Part shown: piece after piece, positions 20,365 to 34,900 of the stretch | Numbering within the stretch: the first letter of the stretch is position 1 | Layout of the letters: every line of letters starts with the position of its first letter | DNA from: Macrostomum lignano | Lineage: Eukaryota | DNA length: 64,000 nt | Direction: 5' to 3' | Assembly: GCA_002269645.1 (NCBI GenBank) | Contig: NIVC01002364.1 | Span: 95,813 to 159,812 of the forward strand | Notes under the pieces: model-generated | Database searches by the model: none | What the model saw: only the letters and a program-made list of their open reading frames with translations | What the model was told of the DNA's origin: nothing | Program-made: the position numbers and the translations under genes

Positions 20365-20680
20365 TGGACAGACACAGGCAGACAAACACATAAAAATAGA
20401 CAGACTCAGACAGGCGGACAGACACAGACACATAGAGATACAGACAGACACAGACAGACAGAGATACAGACAGACACAGACAGACAGATACAGACAGACG
20501 CAGACACACAGAGATACAGACAGACACAAACAGACAGACACAGACACACAGAGATACAGACAGACACAAACAGACAGAGATACAGACAGACACAGACAGA
20601 CAGATACAGACAGACACACAGAGATACAGACAGACACAGACACAGACAGACACAGACACACAGAGATACAGACAGACACT
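19900..20680. repeat. Degenerate (GACA)/(CA) microsatellite
   Basis: Directly visible. Confidence 0.92.
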
Positions 20681-21048
20681 ATAACATTCCTACAACTAAA
20701 CCAGTAAACAGACGGCAGAACACAGGCTCTGCACACATGTACAGCCAGTTACAGGTAACGCACAATACAAAAATGGCATGAGCAGAGCTCACCCAATGCC
20801 CATCCCAGCAACCTGACAGACAGAGCAGACACCGGTCAGTCTTATCGCAAGCAGGCTTAGAATAAAAGCAGAGCCAAGCAAAGAGCGTTCATTTTTGTAA
20901 TCACTGAGTAAGATATGAGGCAGAAAAGCAACGAAAAGCACAATGTCAAAAGAGCTATATCTACCTACGTACGTACCTCCTACCTACCTACCTACGTAGA
21001 GTTATAAAAGAAAGTTTTAAGCCGAAAGTTTTGCTAGGTTAATATCAG

Positions 21049-21461
21049 TCCCCAGGGCAAGCAATACAACAGCAACAATGAGCGTCTCATTCAGCGGATT
21101 GAAAGACTCTCAGCAGCAACTGAAGGACAGCACTGACAGACAGCTGCAGATGTACCTGGACTACAGACGCAGCAGGGAGCAGGTGTCCAGAACTCTGCGT
21201 CACACATCAGCCGGTGTGGTCCTATTCTGGACTCTGATCACTTTCCCAACATTCTTGGACGTCTGCTCGAGCGCCCGCGGTGCCAGCTGTTTCGACTGGT
21301 ACCCGGTCGTGGTGGCGACTGGCTTCTGCCTGACCGCGCCGCCGATCCTGCTGCTCATGTTCCAGCTGGACAAGCGGCTGCGGGCCAGCTGGGCGCTACT
21401 GCGCTTCTCCTGGAGGAACGGAGCGCCCAGGGATCCCAGGAAGCGCTGGTCGCAGGACTGA
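21049..21461 (+). CDS. Probable terminal exon of a 7TM/GPCR-like receptor (TM6-TM7-like); upstream exons not resolved
   Basis: Acceptor atatcag at 21042-21048, GC-rich coding-like composition, and two hydrophobic segments (AGVVLFWTLITFP; VVATGFCLTAPPILLLMF) followed by a basic DKRLR helix-8-like segment and a stop. Confidence 0.45.
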
Positions 21462-21559
21462 TGAGTTCTCTTAGTTCTAACAGGGTTTATCTAAAGCCAA
21501 ATGCTAGCATTTATTTCACTTTTTCATTGCTGCCGACCTTCCTTGTTTGGCTCCGATTC

Positions 21560-22185
21560 CCTTTTGGCGCCAGTTCTCTATGGCGCCAGTTCTCTATGGC
21601 GCCAGTTCCCTATGGCGCCAGTTCTCTATGGCGCCAGTCCCCTTTTGGTGCCAGTTCTCTATGGCGCCAATTCCCTTTTGGCGCCAGTTCCCTTTTGGCG
21701 CCAGATCTTTTTTGCGCCAAATCCCTTTGGCACGTCCTTTGGCGCCAGTTTCCTATGGCGCCAGTTCCATTGATGCTATAGTTGCCTTTAGCGCCAGTTC
21801 CCTTTTTGGCACCAGTTCCCTTTGGCACCAGTTCTCTTTGGCACCAGTTTCCTATGGCGCCAGTTCCATTGATGCTATAGTTGCCTTTAGCGCCAGTTCC
21901 CTTTTTGGCACCAGTTCCCTTTGGCACCAGTTCTCTTTGGCACCAGTTTCCTATGGCGCCAGTTCCATTGATGCTATAGTTGCCTTTAGCGCCAGTTCCC
22001 TTTTTGGCACCAGTTCCCTTTGGCACCAGTTCTCTTTGGCACCAGTTTCCTATGGCGCCAGTTCCATTGATGCTATAGTTGCCTTTAGCGCCAGTTCCCT
22101 TTTTGGCACCAGTTCCCTTTGGCACCAGTTCCCTTTGGCACCAGTTCCCTTTGGCACCAGTTCCCTTTCGACACCAGTTCCCTGA
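21560..22185. repeat. TGGCGCCAGTTCC-based minisatellite with ~104-bp higher-order repeats
   Basis: Directly visible. Confidence 0.9.
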
Positions 22186-22744
22186 AGCCATTTCTCTTTC
22201 AGCGCAGGTACTTAGCTTGTAAAAAATGACTAAATTATATTCAAAAAGTACAAATGCACAAATTAGTGTACAATAAAAGTCTAAGCTCTTTAACTCTTTT
22301 AACCTGAACAGATTTAAAAGTAAGTTATCAAAATTCCAATAATGCTAGCATAATTTTCCTACGAATTAATTACTGCGATGCAATACTGTCATAATGTCAT
22401 TTTTACTAAATTGAATAAATATATTGAAGAGAAGACAGTTTTCTGTTTAATTCCTAGGAGCGCAAAAGACAGCATAATCATCGCGCAAATTTGTTTCGGC
22501 CATTTCATAAGAAATTATAATTATCAATTAAATATGACTTTAACAGCAATGAAATCATGCAATATAATATAATATACTTGGAGATGACAAAATGCTATAA
22601 AAATTAATTTTTCTATCATTAAAAATAGCCCACTCTTGTACTTAATTTGCCGAATTTGGACTGCACTTTTGTTACAATTACAGCATTTGATGAAGTAGTC
22701 TTTGTACTGATCCATTGCAGGGCATGCACGTTTAAGATATAATC

Positions 22745-25145
22745 TTCTAACTGCACTAATCATAGTCTCAGTGATTTATAACCTAGTCTTTGTTCTAACA
22801 GCACTAATCATATAGTCTCGGTGATCTATAACCTACAGTCTTTGTTCTAACTGCACTAATCATATAGTCTCGGTGATCTATAACCTACAGTCTTTGTTCT
22901 AACTGCACTAATCATATAGTCTCGGTGATCTATAACCTAGTCTTTGTTCTAACAGCACTAATCATATAGTCTCGGTGATCTATAACCTACAGTCTTTGTT
23001 CTAACTGCACTAATCATATAGTCTCGGTGATCTATAACCTACAGTCTTTGTTCTAACTGCACTAATCATATAGTGTCAGTGATCTACAACCTACAGTCTT
23101 TGTTCTAATTGCACTAATCATATAGTGTCAGTGATCTACAACCTACAGTCTTTGTTCTAATTGCACTAATCATATAGTGTCAGTGATCTACAACCTACAG
23201 TCTTTGTTCTAATTGCACTAATCATATAGTCTCAGTGATCTACAACCTACAGTCTTTGTTCTAACAGCACTAATCATATAGTCTCGGTGATCTATAACCT
23301 AGTCTTTGTTCTAACAGCACTAATCATATAGTCTCGGTGATCTATAACCTACAGTCTTTGCTCTAACAGCACTAATCATATAGTCTCGGTGATCTATAAC
23401 CTACAGTCTTTGTTCTAACTGCACTAATCATTTAGTCTCGGTGATCTATAACCTACAGTCTTTGTTCTAACTGCACTAATCATATAGTCTCGGTGATCTA
23501 TAACCTAGTCTTTGTTCTAACAGCACTAATCATATAGTCTCGGTGATCTATAACCTACAGTCTTTGTTCTAACTGCACTAATCATATAGTCTCGGTGATC
23601 TATAACCTACAGTCTTTGTTCTAACTGCACTAATCATATAGTGTCAGTGATCTACAACCTACAGTCTTTGTTCTAATTGCACTAATCATATAGTGTCAGT
23701 GATCTACAACCTACAGTCTTTGTTCTAATTGCACTAATCATATAGTCTCAGTGATCTACAACCTACAGTCTTTGTTCTAATTGCACTAATCATATAGTCT
23801 CAGTGATCTACAACCTACAGTCTTTGTTCTAATTGCACTAATCATATAGTCTCAGTGATCTACAACCTACAGTCTTTGTTCTAATTGCACTAATCATATA
23901 GTCTCAGTGATCTACAACCTACAGTCTTTGTTCTAATTGCACTAATCATATAGTCTCAGTGATCTACAACCTACAGTCTTTGTTCTAATTGCACTAATCA
24001 TATAGTCTCAGTGATCTACAACCTACAGTCTTTGTTCTAATTGCACTAATCATATAGTCTCAGTGATCTACAACCTACAGTCTTTGTTCTAATTGCACTA
24101 ATCATATAGTCTCGGTGATCTACAACCTACAGTCTTTGTTCTAATTGCACTAATCATATAGTCTCGGTGATCTACAACCTACAGTCTTTGTTCTAACAGC
24201 ACTAATCATATAGTCTCAGTGATCAATAACCTACAGTCTTTGTTCTAACTGCACTAATCATATAGTCTCAGTGATCTATAACCTACAGTCTTTGTTCTAA
24301 CTGCAGTAATCATATAGTCTCAGTGATCTATAACCTAGTCTTTGTTCCAACTGCACTAATCATATAGTCTCAGTGATCTATAACCTAGTCTTTGTTCCAA
24401 CTGCACTAATCATATAGTCTCAGTGATCAATAACCTACAGTCTTTGTTCTAACTGCAGTAATCATATAGTCTCAGTGATCTATAACCTACAGTCTTTGTT
24501 CTAACAGCACTAATCATATAGTCTCAGTGATCTATAACCTACAGTCTTTGTTCCAACTGCACTAATCATATAGTCTCAGTGATCTATAACCTACAGTCTT
24601 TGTTCCAACTGCACTAATCATATAGTCTCAGTCATCTATAACCTACAGTCTTTGTTCTAACTGCACTAATCATATAGTCTCGGTGATCTATAACCTACAG
24701 TCTGTTCTAACAGCACTAATCATATAGTCTCAGTGATCTATAACCTGCAGTCTTTGTTCTAACTGCAGTAATCATATAGTCTCAGTGATCTATAACCTAG
24801 TCTTTGTTCCAACTGCACTAATCATATAGTCTCAGTGATCAATAACCTACAGTCTTTGTTCTAACTGCACTAATCATATAGTCTCAGTGATCTATAACCT
24901 AGTCTTTGTTCCAACTGCACTAATCATATAGTCTCAGTGATCAATAACCTACAGTCTTTGTTCTAACTGCAGTAATCATATAGTCTCAGTGATCTATAAC
25001 CTACAGTCTTTGTTCTAACTGCAGTAATCATATAGTCTCAGTGATCTATAACCTACAGTCTTTGTTCTAACTGCAGTAATCATATAGTCTCAGTGATCTA
25101 TAACCTACAGTCTTTGTTCTAACTGCAGTAATCATATAGTCTTAG
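22745..25145. repeat. 52-bp minisatellite
   Basis: Unit TAGTCTCGGTGATCTATAACCTACAGTCTTTGTTCTAACTGCACTAATCATA. Confidence 0.96.
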
Positions 25146-25266
25146 TGAATAATCAGTGATAATCTTACAAATCTACCTTTAAAACCCAAATATGCTGTTT
25201 ATTTTATTTTACAACCAGTATAACAAAGCAGATATGAATGCAACAGAACGCATATAAAATTGGTCT

Positions 25267-25746
25267 TTAGTTTTTGCTTCCAGAAACGGTGTCAGCGCTA
25301 GAATGCGGTGCTGCCGTTCCATCAGACTCGCAACCGACACTGCCGTTCTGTTGATCAGTGCCATCCCGGATTCGCTCATAACAGAGCGGGCACAGCACGC
25401 CACGCTCGTGCCTGTTGCCGCAGCTGGGACAGGACACCACCCTAGCAGTAGCCATCATCGGCACAACAATGTTAGCAAACCGCGTGATTCGCCTGGTAGC
25501 TCGAGTTTCGATTGTTCGCCGTCGTTTCGGCACAGCCAGACGAATTTGCTCGTCTTTGAGATTAATAACTGGCAGCGGATGCTGGGCACAGGGAGAGTCC
25601 GTTACAGCAGCCAGGGCTGGACTAAACGATGGCGGAAAGAATCTGATTGACAGCTGGTTTATTAAACTAGTCAGTGCACATCTGGCGCGAGCTAATCCTG
25701 ATAGGGACATTGCTGGGGCATGCAAGTTTATGCCATTAGGTGACAT
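25267..25746 (-). CDS. MRPL32: Mitochondrial ribosomal protein L32 (bL32m), intronless CDS; start may be the second ATG at 25710
   Basis: AVPKRRRT motif followed by a CPSC...CPLC zinc ribbon, with a targeting-peptide-like N-terminus. Confidence 0.92.
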   Translation of the reverse strand: MSPNGINLHAPAMSLSGLARARCALTSLINQLSIRFFPPSFSPALAAVTDSPCAQHPLPVINLKDEQIRLAVPKRRRTIETRATRRITRFANIVVPMMATARVVSCPSCGNRHERGVLCPLCYERIRDGTDQQNGSVGCESDGTAAPHSSADTVSGSKN

Positions 25747-25797
25747 TGTTTAGTAATTTATAGATTTTATAAACTTTCATCGTATAGTTAGACTGAC

Positions 25798-27495
25798 TTA
25801 AATAATTATCCTCTGATTAATAATTATCCTCTGATTAATAATTATCCTCAGATTAATAATTATCCTTAGATTAATAATTATCCTCAGATTAATAATTATC
25901 CTCAGATTAATAATTATCCTCAGATTAACAATTATCCCTAGATTAATAATTATCCTCAGATTAATCATTATCCTCAGATTAATAATTATCCCCAGATTAA
26001 TAATTATCCTCAGATTAATAATTATCCACAGATTAACAATTATCCCTAGATTAATAATTATCCTCAGATTAATAATTATCCTTAGATTAATAATTATCCT
26101 CAGATTAATAATTATCCTCAGATTAATAATTATCCTCAGATTAATAATTATCTTCAGATTAATAATTATCCTCAGATTAATAATTATCCTCAGATTAATA
26201 ACTATCCTCAGATTAATAACTATCCTCAGATTAATAATTATCCTCAGATTAATAAATATTCTCAGATTAATAATTATCCTCAGATTAATAACTATCCTCA
26301 GATCAATAACTATCCTCAGATTAATAATTATCCTCAGATTAATAACTATCCTCAGATTAATAATTATCCTCAGATTAATAATTATCCCCAGATTAATAAT
26401 TATCCCCAGATTAATAATTATCCTCAGATTAATAACTATCCTCAGATTAATAACTATCCTCAGATTAATAACTATCCTCAGATTAATAATTATCCCCAGA
26501 TTAATAATTATCCCCAGATTAATAATTATCCTCAGATTAATAATTATCCCCAGATTAATAATTATCCACAGATTAACAATTATCCCTAGATTAATAATTA
26601 TCCTCAGATTAATAATTATCCTCAGATTATTAATTATCCTCAGATTAACAATTATCCTTAGATTAATAATTATCCTCAGATTAATAATTATCCTCAGATT
26701 AATAATTATCTTCAGATTAATAATTATCCTCAGATTAATAATTATCCTCAGATTAATAACTATCCTCAGATTAATAACTATCCTCAGATTAATAACTATC
26801 CTCAGATTAATAAATATTCTCAGATTAATAATTATCCTCAGATTAATAACTATCCTCAGATCAATAACTATCCTCAGATTAATAATTATCCTCAGATTAA
26901 TAATTATCCTCAGATTAATAACTATCCTCAGATTAATAATTATCCTCAGATTAATAATTATCCCCAGATTAATAATTATCCCCAGATTAATAATTATCCT
27001 CAGATTAATAACTATCCTCAGATTAATAACTATCCTCAGATTAATAACTATCCTCAGATTAATAATTATCCCCAGATTAATAATTATCCCCAGATTAATA
27101 ATTATCCTCAGATTAATAATTATCCTCAGATTATTAATTATCCCCAGATTAATAATTATCCTCAGAGTAATAATTATCCTCAGAGTAATAATTATCCTCA
27201 GAGTAATAATTATCCTCAGATTAATAATTATCCTCAGAGTAATAATTATCCTTAGATTAATAATTATCCTTAGAGTAATAATTATCCTCAGATTAATAAT
27301 TATCCTCAGATTAATAACTATCCTCAGATTAATAATTATCCTCAGATTAATAATTATCCCCAGATTAATAGTTATCCTCAGATTAATAATTATCCTCAGA
27401 TTAATAATTATCCCCAGATTAATACTCATCCTTAGATTAATAATTATCCTCAGATTAATAATTATCCTCAGATTAATAACTATTCTCCGATTAAT
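25798..27495. repeat. 18-bp AT-rich minisatellite
   Basis: Unit ATTAATAATTATCCTCAG. Confidence 0.96.
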
Positions 27496-27929
27496 CCTCG
27501 TTTCTAAAAAAACTATTTCGGAGAGAAAAGGACAAACTATTTTTTTAACATTAGCATTAATAAATAACAGCTGCAAGCAAGTGTATTTATTAAGGCATAC
27601 GAAATTACAGAAGTACATTTACAATGAAAAAATTTACACACATACTTAGGATAAAAATGTAACGAAGACACATAGTTATATTAACACCCAGAGAGTAACA
27701 TTATAACCATATCTGGATTGGTAACGAGCAGAGCCAGTAAATAAAAAAGCAATGAAGCTTGGATTGTTGTCATTTTATTGGAATGTAACAGCGAAATACG
27801 CTAAATCAGTTGATATGTAATAAATTTTATGGATAAGTCCGTGTGGAATGAACTCCATGGGAATGTTGTTATACACAGCTAATACCAAAGTTCCATATTT
27901 TAATAAATGTAAACACCGCATCAAATGAT

Positions 27930-28375
27930 ACTGGCCCAGCAACCGTCGATCCGGGAGGCTGGCCCAGCAACTGAGGATCTGGGAGGCTGGCCCAGCAACT
28001 GAGGATCTGGGAGGCTGGCCCAGCAACTGAGGATCTGGGAGGCTGGCCCAGCAACTGAGGATATGGGAGGCTGGCCCAGTAACTGAGGATATGGGAGGCT
28101 GGCCCAGCAACTGAGGATCTGGGAGGCTGGCCCAGCAACTGACACTCTGGGAGGCTGGCTCAGCAACTGAGGATCTGGGAGGCTGGCCCAGCAACTGACA
28201 CTCTGGGAGGCTGGCTCAGCAACTGAGGATCTGGGAGGCTGGCCCAGCAACTGACACTCTGGGAGGCTGGCTCAGCAACTGAGGATCTGGGAGGCTGGCC
28301 CAGTAACTGAGGATATGGGAGGCTGGCCCAGCAACTGAGGATATGGGAGGCTGGCCCAGCAACTGAGGATCTGAG
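27930..28375. repeat. 28-bp minisatellite
   Basis: Unit GGCCCAGCAACTGAGGATCTGGGAGGCT. Confidence 0.95.
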
Positions 28376-28904
28376 AGGGCGGCAGTGGCACAGCAACAGA
28401 AGAAAGTACAACACACTGCAAGTAAAAAAATACGATGACATAACCGACATGAACCGCAAGAACTCCACGTGCGAAACAATGCTACATAACCATTTTTGTG
28501 GAATGTATTAAAAACTGAAAACTAGGAAAGCATAAAAGCTACTGTTTGAAACGTGCTTAAACTATTTTAGCATTTTTAAGAAAAAAATAGTGAAAATGTT
28601 AATAATTAAAACAATTATTTACAATAAAGCAATTTAATGAAAGCCAATTTTAATAAAATTAAAGAGAAAAAAATTCATGCCTACATTTTAACTTGATACA
28701 TCTATGCATATAATAGCTATAGCAGAAAAAATACGACTGTATTTAATTAAAAGAACAGATTTTGTTTTTTAAATAAAGTTGAAATTTAAATTGCCACAAA
28801 ATCGTATTATTTTACCAGTTTTGATAAATATCCATAGCAAAATCGATTAGCACTACTGTTGCAGTTGGTTTGAAGTAGTGTAATAAAGACATCAAATGAT
28901 TAAA

Positions 28905-31900
28905 TTAGATTTGACTTTCATTTTTTGCAGAAATAAAGTCTTGCCTAAAAGCGTCCGAGAAAGCGTCCTCGGGCGGCACGTACGTGTCCGGATCGTAGCG
29001 CTGTGTCCGAACTAGCAAGACGATAATGCCAACAAGCGCTATCAGGCAGATAAACAATACAATACCGAGCACATAAGTTGCTATCTGAGCTTCGTACAAT
29101 GGATAAGGAAACTCAGTGGGCACAGGTTCGATTGGTTCAGCCACGAGTCCGTATCTCTGGCGCCAGAATGCCATCTGGTTCGGCCGGTAGGCTCTCCGAT
29201 TCGATGCATTGATAAACAGGTGAGCATAGCTCTGCTCATGGAGAGTATAGGGCAGCCAGGAGAAGTTTCTATTCTCATACGGTGTTGGATTCTCGTAGCG
29301 CATAAAATTAACCCACATCTGCATAACAAATTCGCTCATATTATAATCCAGGATTCGATCCCAGGGGAACAGTGTGGGCGGCGGTTGAGGCGTTAGCAAT
29401 TCTCGCCACCAGCTCGTGTTCATGAACGGCAAACCGAACAGGAACTGACTGGTGGTGCCCTGATAAATGCCCAACGCCTTTGGCGTGCTGTCGTTCAAGC
29501 CGCGATAGGCAAATTCGTAAGCGTACGTGATTGGCTGCCGCTGCGAGTGCATCTTGATAGCGTAGTCCAGACCGGACCTCACGCCCCAGTCCGAGATTAG
29601 GGCTATGAACTGTTCCCGCCTGGCTGTCATGTTGTCCGGCTGGCTCCACCAGTTGTAGCGGAAGAACACCTCTTCGTATGTGTCATTCATGTGGCGCACC
29701 TGCAGCGAGGGGATTTTGCGCCAATCATGAAAGGGATTATGTAAACACTAGGGGATTTTTGCAGACATTAGACGGGGGAGAGAAGACAGGAGTGAAGAGA
29801 GGAGGCAGAAGAGATGGAGAGAGGGGAGACAGGAGAGAGAAAGAGGGAGACACAAGACAAGAGAGGGGAGAGATGAGACAGGAGAGGGGGAGAGATGAGA
29901 CAGGAGAGACGGGGAGAGAGGAGACAGGAGAGGGAGAGAGGAGACAGGAGTGAGAGGGAGAGGAGACAGGAGAGACGGGGAGAGAGGAGACAGGAGAGGG
30001 AGAGAGGAGACAGGAGTGAGAGGGAGAGGAGACAGGAGAGACGGGGAGAGAGGAGACAGGAGAGGGAGAGAGGAGACAGGAGAGGGGTGATAGGAGACAG
30101 GAGAGGGGGAGAGAGGAGACAGGAGATTGGAAGAGAAGAGACAGGAGAGAGAGAGAGAGGGAGAGAGGAGACAGGAGAGAGAGAGAGAGGGAGAGATGAG
30201 ACAGGAGAGGGGGAGATAGGAGACAAGAGAGAGAAGACAGGAGAGAGAAGACAGGAGAGGGGAGAGAGGAGCCAGGAGAGGGGAGAGAGGAGACAGGAGA
30301 GAGGAGGAGACAGGAGACAGGAGAGGGGAGAGAGGAGACAGGAGAGAGGAGGAGACAGGAGACAGGAGAGGGGAGAGAGGAGACAAGAGAGAGGAGGAGA
30401 GAGGAGACAAGAGAGAGGAGGAGAGAGGAGACAGGAGAGGGGAGAGAGGAGACAGGAGAGGGGAGAGAGGAGACAGGAAAGAGGAGGAGACAGGAGACAG
30501 GAGAGGGGAGAGAGGAGACAGGAGAGAGGAGGAGACAGGAGACAGGAGAGGGGAGAGAGGAGACAAGAGAGAGGAGGAGAGAGGAGACAGGAGAGAGGAG
30601 GAGACAGGAGACAGGAGAGGGGAGAGAGGAGACAGGAGAGAGGAGGAGACAGGAGACAGGAGAGGGGAGAGAGGAGACAAGAGAGAGGAGGAGAGAGGAG
30701 ACAAGAGAGAGGAGGAGAGAGGAGACAGGAGAGGGGAGAGAGGAGACAGGAGAGGGGAGAGAGGAGAGGGGAGAGGGGAGAGAGGAGAGAGGAGAGGGGA
30801 GAGAGGAGACAGGAGAGGGGAGAGAGGAGACAGGAGAGGGGAGAGAGGAGACAGGAGAGGGGAGAGAGGAGAGGGGAGAGGGGAGAGAGGAGAGAGGAGA
30901 GGGGAGAGAGGAGACAGGAGAGGGGAGAGAGGAGACAGGAGAGGGGAGAGAGGAGAGAGGAGAGAGGGGGACAGAGGAGACAGGAGAGAGGAAATCAAAA
31001 AGGACACACAGAAACTGCTCACCTTCAAATAGTCTAGAAACTTTTCAATCGCCTTGGCAAAATCGCTGTCGGTGAAATCCGCACCAGAGCTCAGCGGAGT
31101 GATGCCCCATTCCCGCAGCCTCCTATCCGCATCTTTAGCCAGCTCGTCGTGAGTGAATCCCATAATAGCTGGCGGGGCAGCAAACCGGCCCTGGGATCTT
31201 TCCACTACGGGCTCGCGCGGTATGAGGCCGACCTCGCCGTCTACTACAGGTGTCCACACGTAGGGCGAGGCCGGGTGATGAGGCTTCACGGCGGAGGCTG
31301 CACTGAGCATTGCGGCCGAGTCCGGGTGCAGGTAGCTGGCGGTTGTTGGGGATGGGAAATAGGCTTTATTCAAGGACGCTTCTTAGAAAGAATCAGAGGC
31401 GATTATTAGAAAAGATCAGAGATGATTCTTTGAAAGAATCAAAGGCGATTCTTAGAAAGGATCAGAGATGATTCTTTGAAAGAATCAAAGGCGATTCTTA
31501 GAAAGGATCAGAGATGATTCTTTGAAAGAATCAAAGGCGATTCTTAGAAAGGATCAGAGATGATTCTTTGAAAGAATCAAAGGCGATTCTTAGAAAGGAT
31601 CAGAGATGATTCTTTGAAAGAATCAAAGGCGATTCTTAGAAAGGATCAGAGATGATTCTTTGAAAGAATCAAAGGCGATTCTTAGAAAGGATCAGAGATG
31701 ATTCTTTGAAAGAATCAAAGGCGATTCTTAGAAAGGATCACAAACGATTTTTAGAATGTAGCAGAGGCGATTCTTAGAAAGTATCAGAGATGATTCTTAG
31801 AAGGGATTAGAGGCGATTCTTAGAAGGGTTCAGGGGAGATTCTTTAAACAGGAGCAAAGGAATTTTCTAGTAATTTAGGGCGATAAAGTAGTCAGAGACT

Positions 31901-34900
31901 ATTATTCCAATGGCTGAAGTAGAGTTGCACCTCTCAAATGTGGATTTTTTCAAACGATAATTACTTTCTAGACGCATACGAGTAGACCAGCTACCATTCG
32001 TACATAAAATCATGCGGTTAGTTGAAAAAACAGTCTCACCGAATACAGTACACCATATAGTAGGTGTCCCTAGTGCTGCAGCCAAGACGCTTAGCCAACT
32101 CCTTAGCGTAGTCCATTGTTCTCACTAGCAACGGGTTAGCAACGCTCCAAGCGCCAAGATCGCTGCCGGACATCAAGGCCACCCGGTGGAACAGGCCCAG
32201 CTCCCTGGACACCGGTGACACCAGATGGATGCCAACAGAGTCTGCACCGCTGCCTTCGCCGGTTAGCGTTACTGAGCTCGGATCGCCGCGGAAGTATCTG
32301 CAAAACAAATGCGAGTTCGAATAGTTTGTACTATTAAGAATCCTGAGACTTGATCTCGAATGGGATTAAGAATCCTGAGACTTGATCTCGAATGGGATTA
32401 AGAATCCTGAGACTTGATCTCGAATGGGATTAAGAATCCTGAGACTTGATCTCGAATGGGATTAAGAATCCTGAGACTTGATCTCGAATGGGATTAAGAA
32501 TCCTGAGACTCGAGTTCGAATGGGATTAAGAATCCTGAGACTCGAGTTCGAATGGGATTAAGAATCCTGAGACTCGAGTTCGAATGGGATTAAGAATCAT
32601 GAGACTCGAGTTCGAATGGGATTAAGAATCCTGAGACTCGAGTTTGAATGGGATTAAGAATCCTGAGACTCGGATTCGAATGGGATTAAGAATCCTGAGA
32701 CTCGAGTTCGAATGGGATTAAGAATCCTGAGACTCGAGTTCGAATGGGATTAAGAATCATGAGACTCGATTTCGAATGGGATTAAGAATCCTGAGACTCG
32801 AGTTCGAATGGGATTAAGAATCCTGAGACTCGAGTTCGAATGGGATTAAGAATCATGAGACTCGAGTTCGAATGGGATTAAGAATCCTGAGACTCGAGTT
32901 TGAATGGGATTAAGAATCCTGAGACTCGGATTCGAATGGGATTAAGAATCCTGAGACTCGAGTTCGAATGGGATTAAGAATCCTGAGACTCGAGTTCGAA
33001 TGGGATTAAGAATCCTGAGACTCGATTTCGAATGGGATTAAGAATCCTGAGACTCGAGTTCGAATGGGATTAAGAATCATGAGACTCGAGTTCGAATGGG
33101 ATTAAGAATCCTGAGACTCGAGTTTGAATGGGATTAAGAATCCTGAGACTCGGATTCGAATGGGATTAAGAATCCTGAGACTCGAGTTCGAATGGGATTA
33201 AGAATCCTGAGACTCGAGTTCGAATGGGATTAAGAATCATGAGACTCGATTTCGAATGGGATTAAGAATCCTGAGACTCGAGTTCGAATGGGATTAAGAA
33301 TCCTGAGACTCGAGTTCGAATGGGATAAGAATCTTGAGACTCGAGTTCGAATGGGATTAAGAATCCTGAGACTCGAGTTCGAATGGGATTAAGAATCCTG
33401 AGACTCGAGTTCGAATGGGATTAAGAATCCTGAGACACGAATTTGAATTGGATTAAATGATATCGCACACAAATCTCACCTGATATTATCCCTAACCCAT
33501 TTCATAGCCTCAATCTGATCCCACAGTCCATAGTTGCCAGTCGAAGCAAAATCGCCAGTACTAAGGAAGCCGAAAACGCCCAATCGATAATTGAAGGTGA
33601 CGACTACGGCTCCCTGGCTGGCCAATGCGTGTCCCGGATACAGGTGAGCGCTACCGTGAGCGAAGTCGCCGCCGTGAATAAATATTAGCACAGGATACAG
33701 CATAGTCTGTGGCTCGTATGTGTTGTTAGGATAGAACAGGTTCAGATATAGGCAGTCTTCGTTGAAATCGTTGAACCCTGGTATGCGTTCCTGCATGTAG
33801 GCCGGGTTCTGCATGCAGGCCGACCTGTAGCGCTTGGCCTGCCACGCGTGCCTGGCGATGGTGGATGGGGCATCGGTGAAACCCGCCTCTGCCCTCTGCT
33901 GTGTCCACTCTGTGTCTGGCTTCTGCCCTCTGCTGTGTCCACTCTGTGTCTGGCTTCTGCCCTCTGCTGTGTCCACTCTGTGTCTGGCTTCTGCCCTCTG
34001 CTGTGTCCACTCTGTGTCTGGCTTCTGCCCTCTGCTGTGTCCACTCTGTGTCTGGCTTCTGCCCTCTGCTGTGTCCACTCTGTGTCTGGCTTCTGCCCTC
34101 TGCTGTGTCCACTCTGTGTCTGGCTTCTGCCCTTTGCTGTGTCCACTGATGAACCCGCTTCTGCCCTCTGCAGTGTCCCCTGATGTAACCGCTTCTGCCC
34201 TCTGCTGTGTCCCCTGATGTAACCGCTTCTGCCCTCTGCTGTGTCCCCTGATGTAACCGCTTCTGCCCTCTGCAGTGTCCCCTGATGTAACCGCTTCTGC
34301 CCTCTGCAGTGTCCCCTGATGTAACCGCTTCTGCCCTCTGCAGTGTCCCCAGATGTAACCGCTTCTGCCCTCTGCAGTGTCCCCTGATGTAACCGCTTCT
34401 GCCCTCTGCAGTGTCCCCTGATGTAACCGCTTCTGCCCTCTGCAGTGTCCCCTGATGTAACCGCTTCTGCCCTCTGCTGTGTCCCCTGATGTAACCGCTT
34501 CTGCCCTCTGCTGTGTCCCCTGATGTAACCGCTTCTGCCCTCTGCTGTGTCCCCTGATGTAACCGCTTCTGCCCTCTGCTGTGTCCCCTGATGTAACCGC
34601 TTCTGCCCTCTGCTGTGTCCCCTGATGTAACCGCTTCTGCCCTCTGCTGTGTCTCTACTGGTGGGACCGCTTCTGCCCTCTGCTGTGTCCACTGATGAAA
34701 CCGCATCTACCCTCAAAGTTACATTGCCACACGACTTGCCGATTGTACATATTACATATTACATATTATGAGAATATAAAGAATATAAGAAACTAACAAA
34801 CCTGACATCCAAAAACGCAGGCCTGGGAATCCGAAATCTCTGGTCATTAACAGGCGGAGCGGCATACGGAATGCCAAGGAAATAATTGACAAAACGACCT

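Noticed and set aside
25798-27618. 606-aa (INLRII)n ORF
   Set aside because: An 18-bp satellite read-through with no unique coding flanks.
29748-31373. 541-aa ORF as a single exon
   Set aside because: Only 31335-31023 is esterase-like. The remainder is a GA-rich intron read through past a clear GTGAG donor.
34144-34705. Hammerhead ribozyme cores (CTGATGA at ~34146 and ~34693)
   Set aside because: No stem II followed by GAAA and no flanking helices. These are chance variants of the 34-bp repeat.
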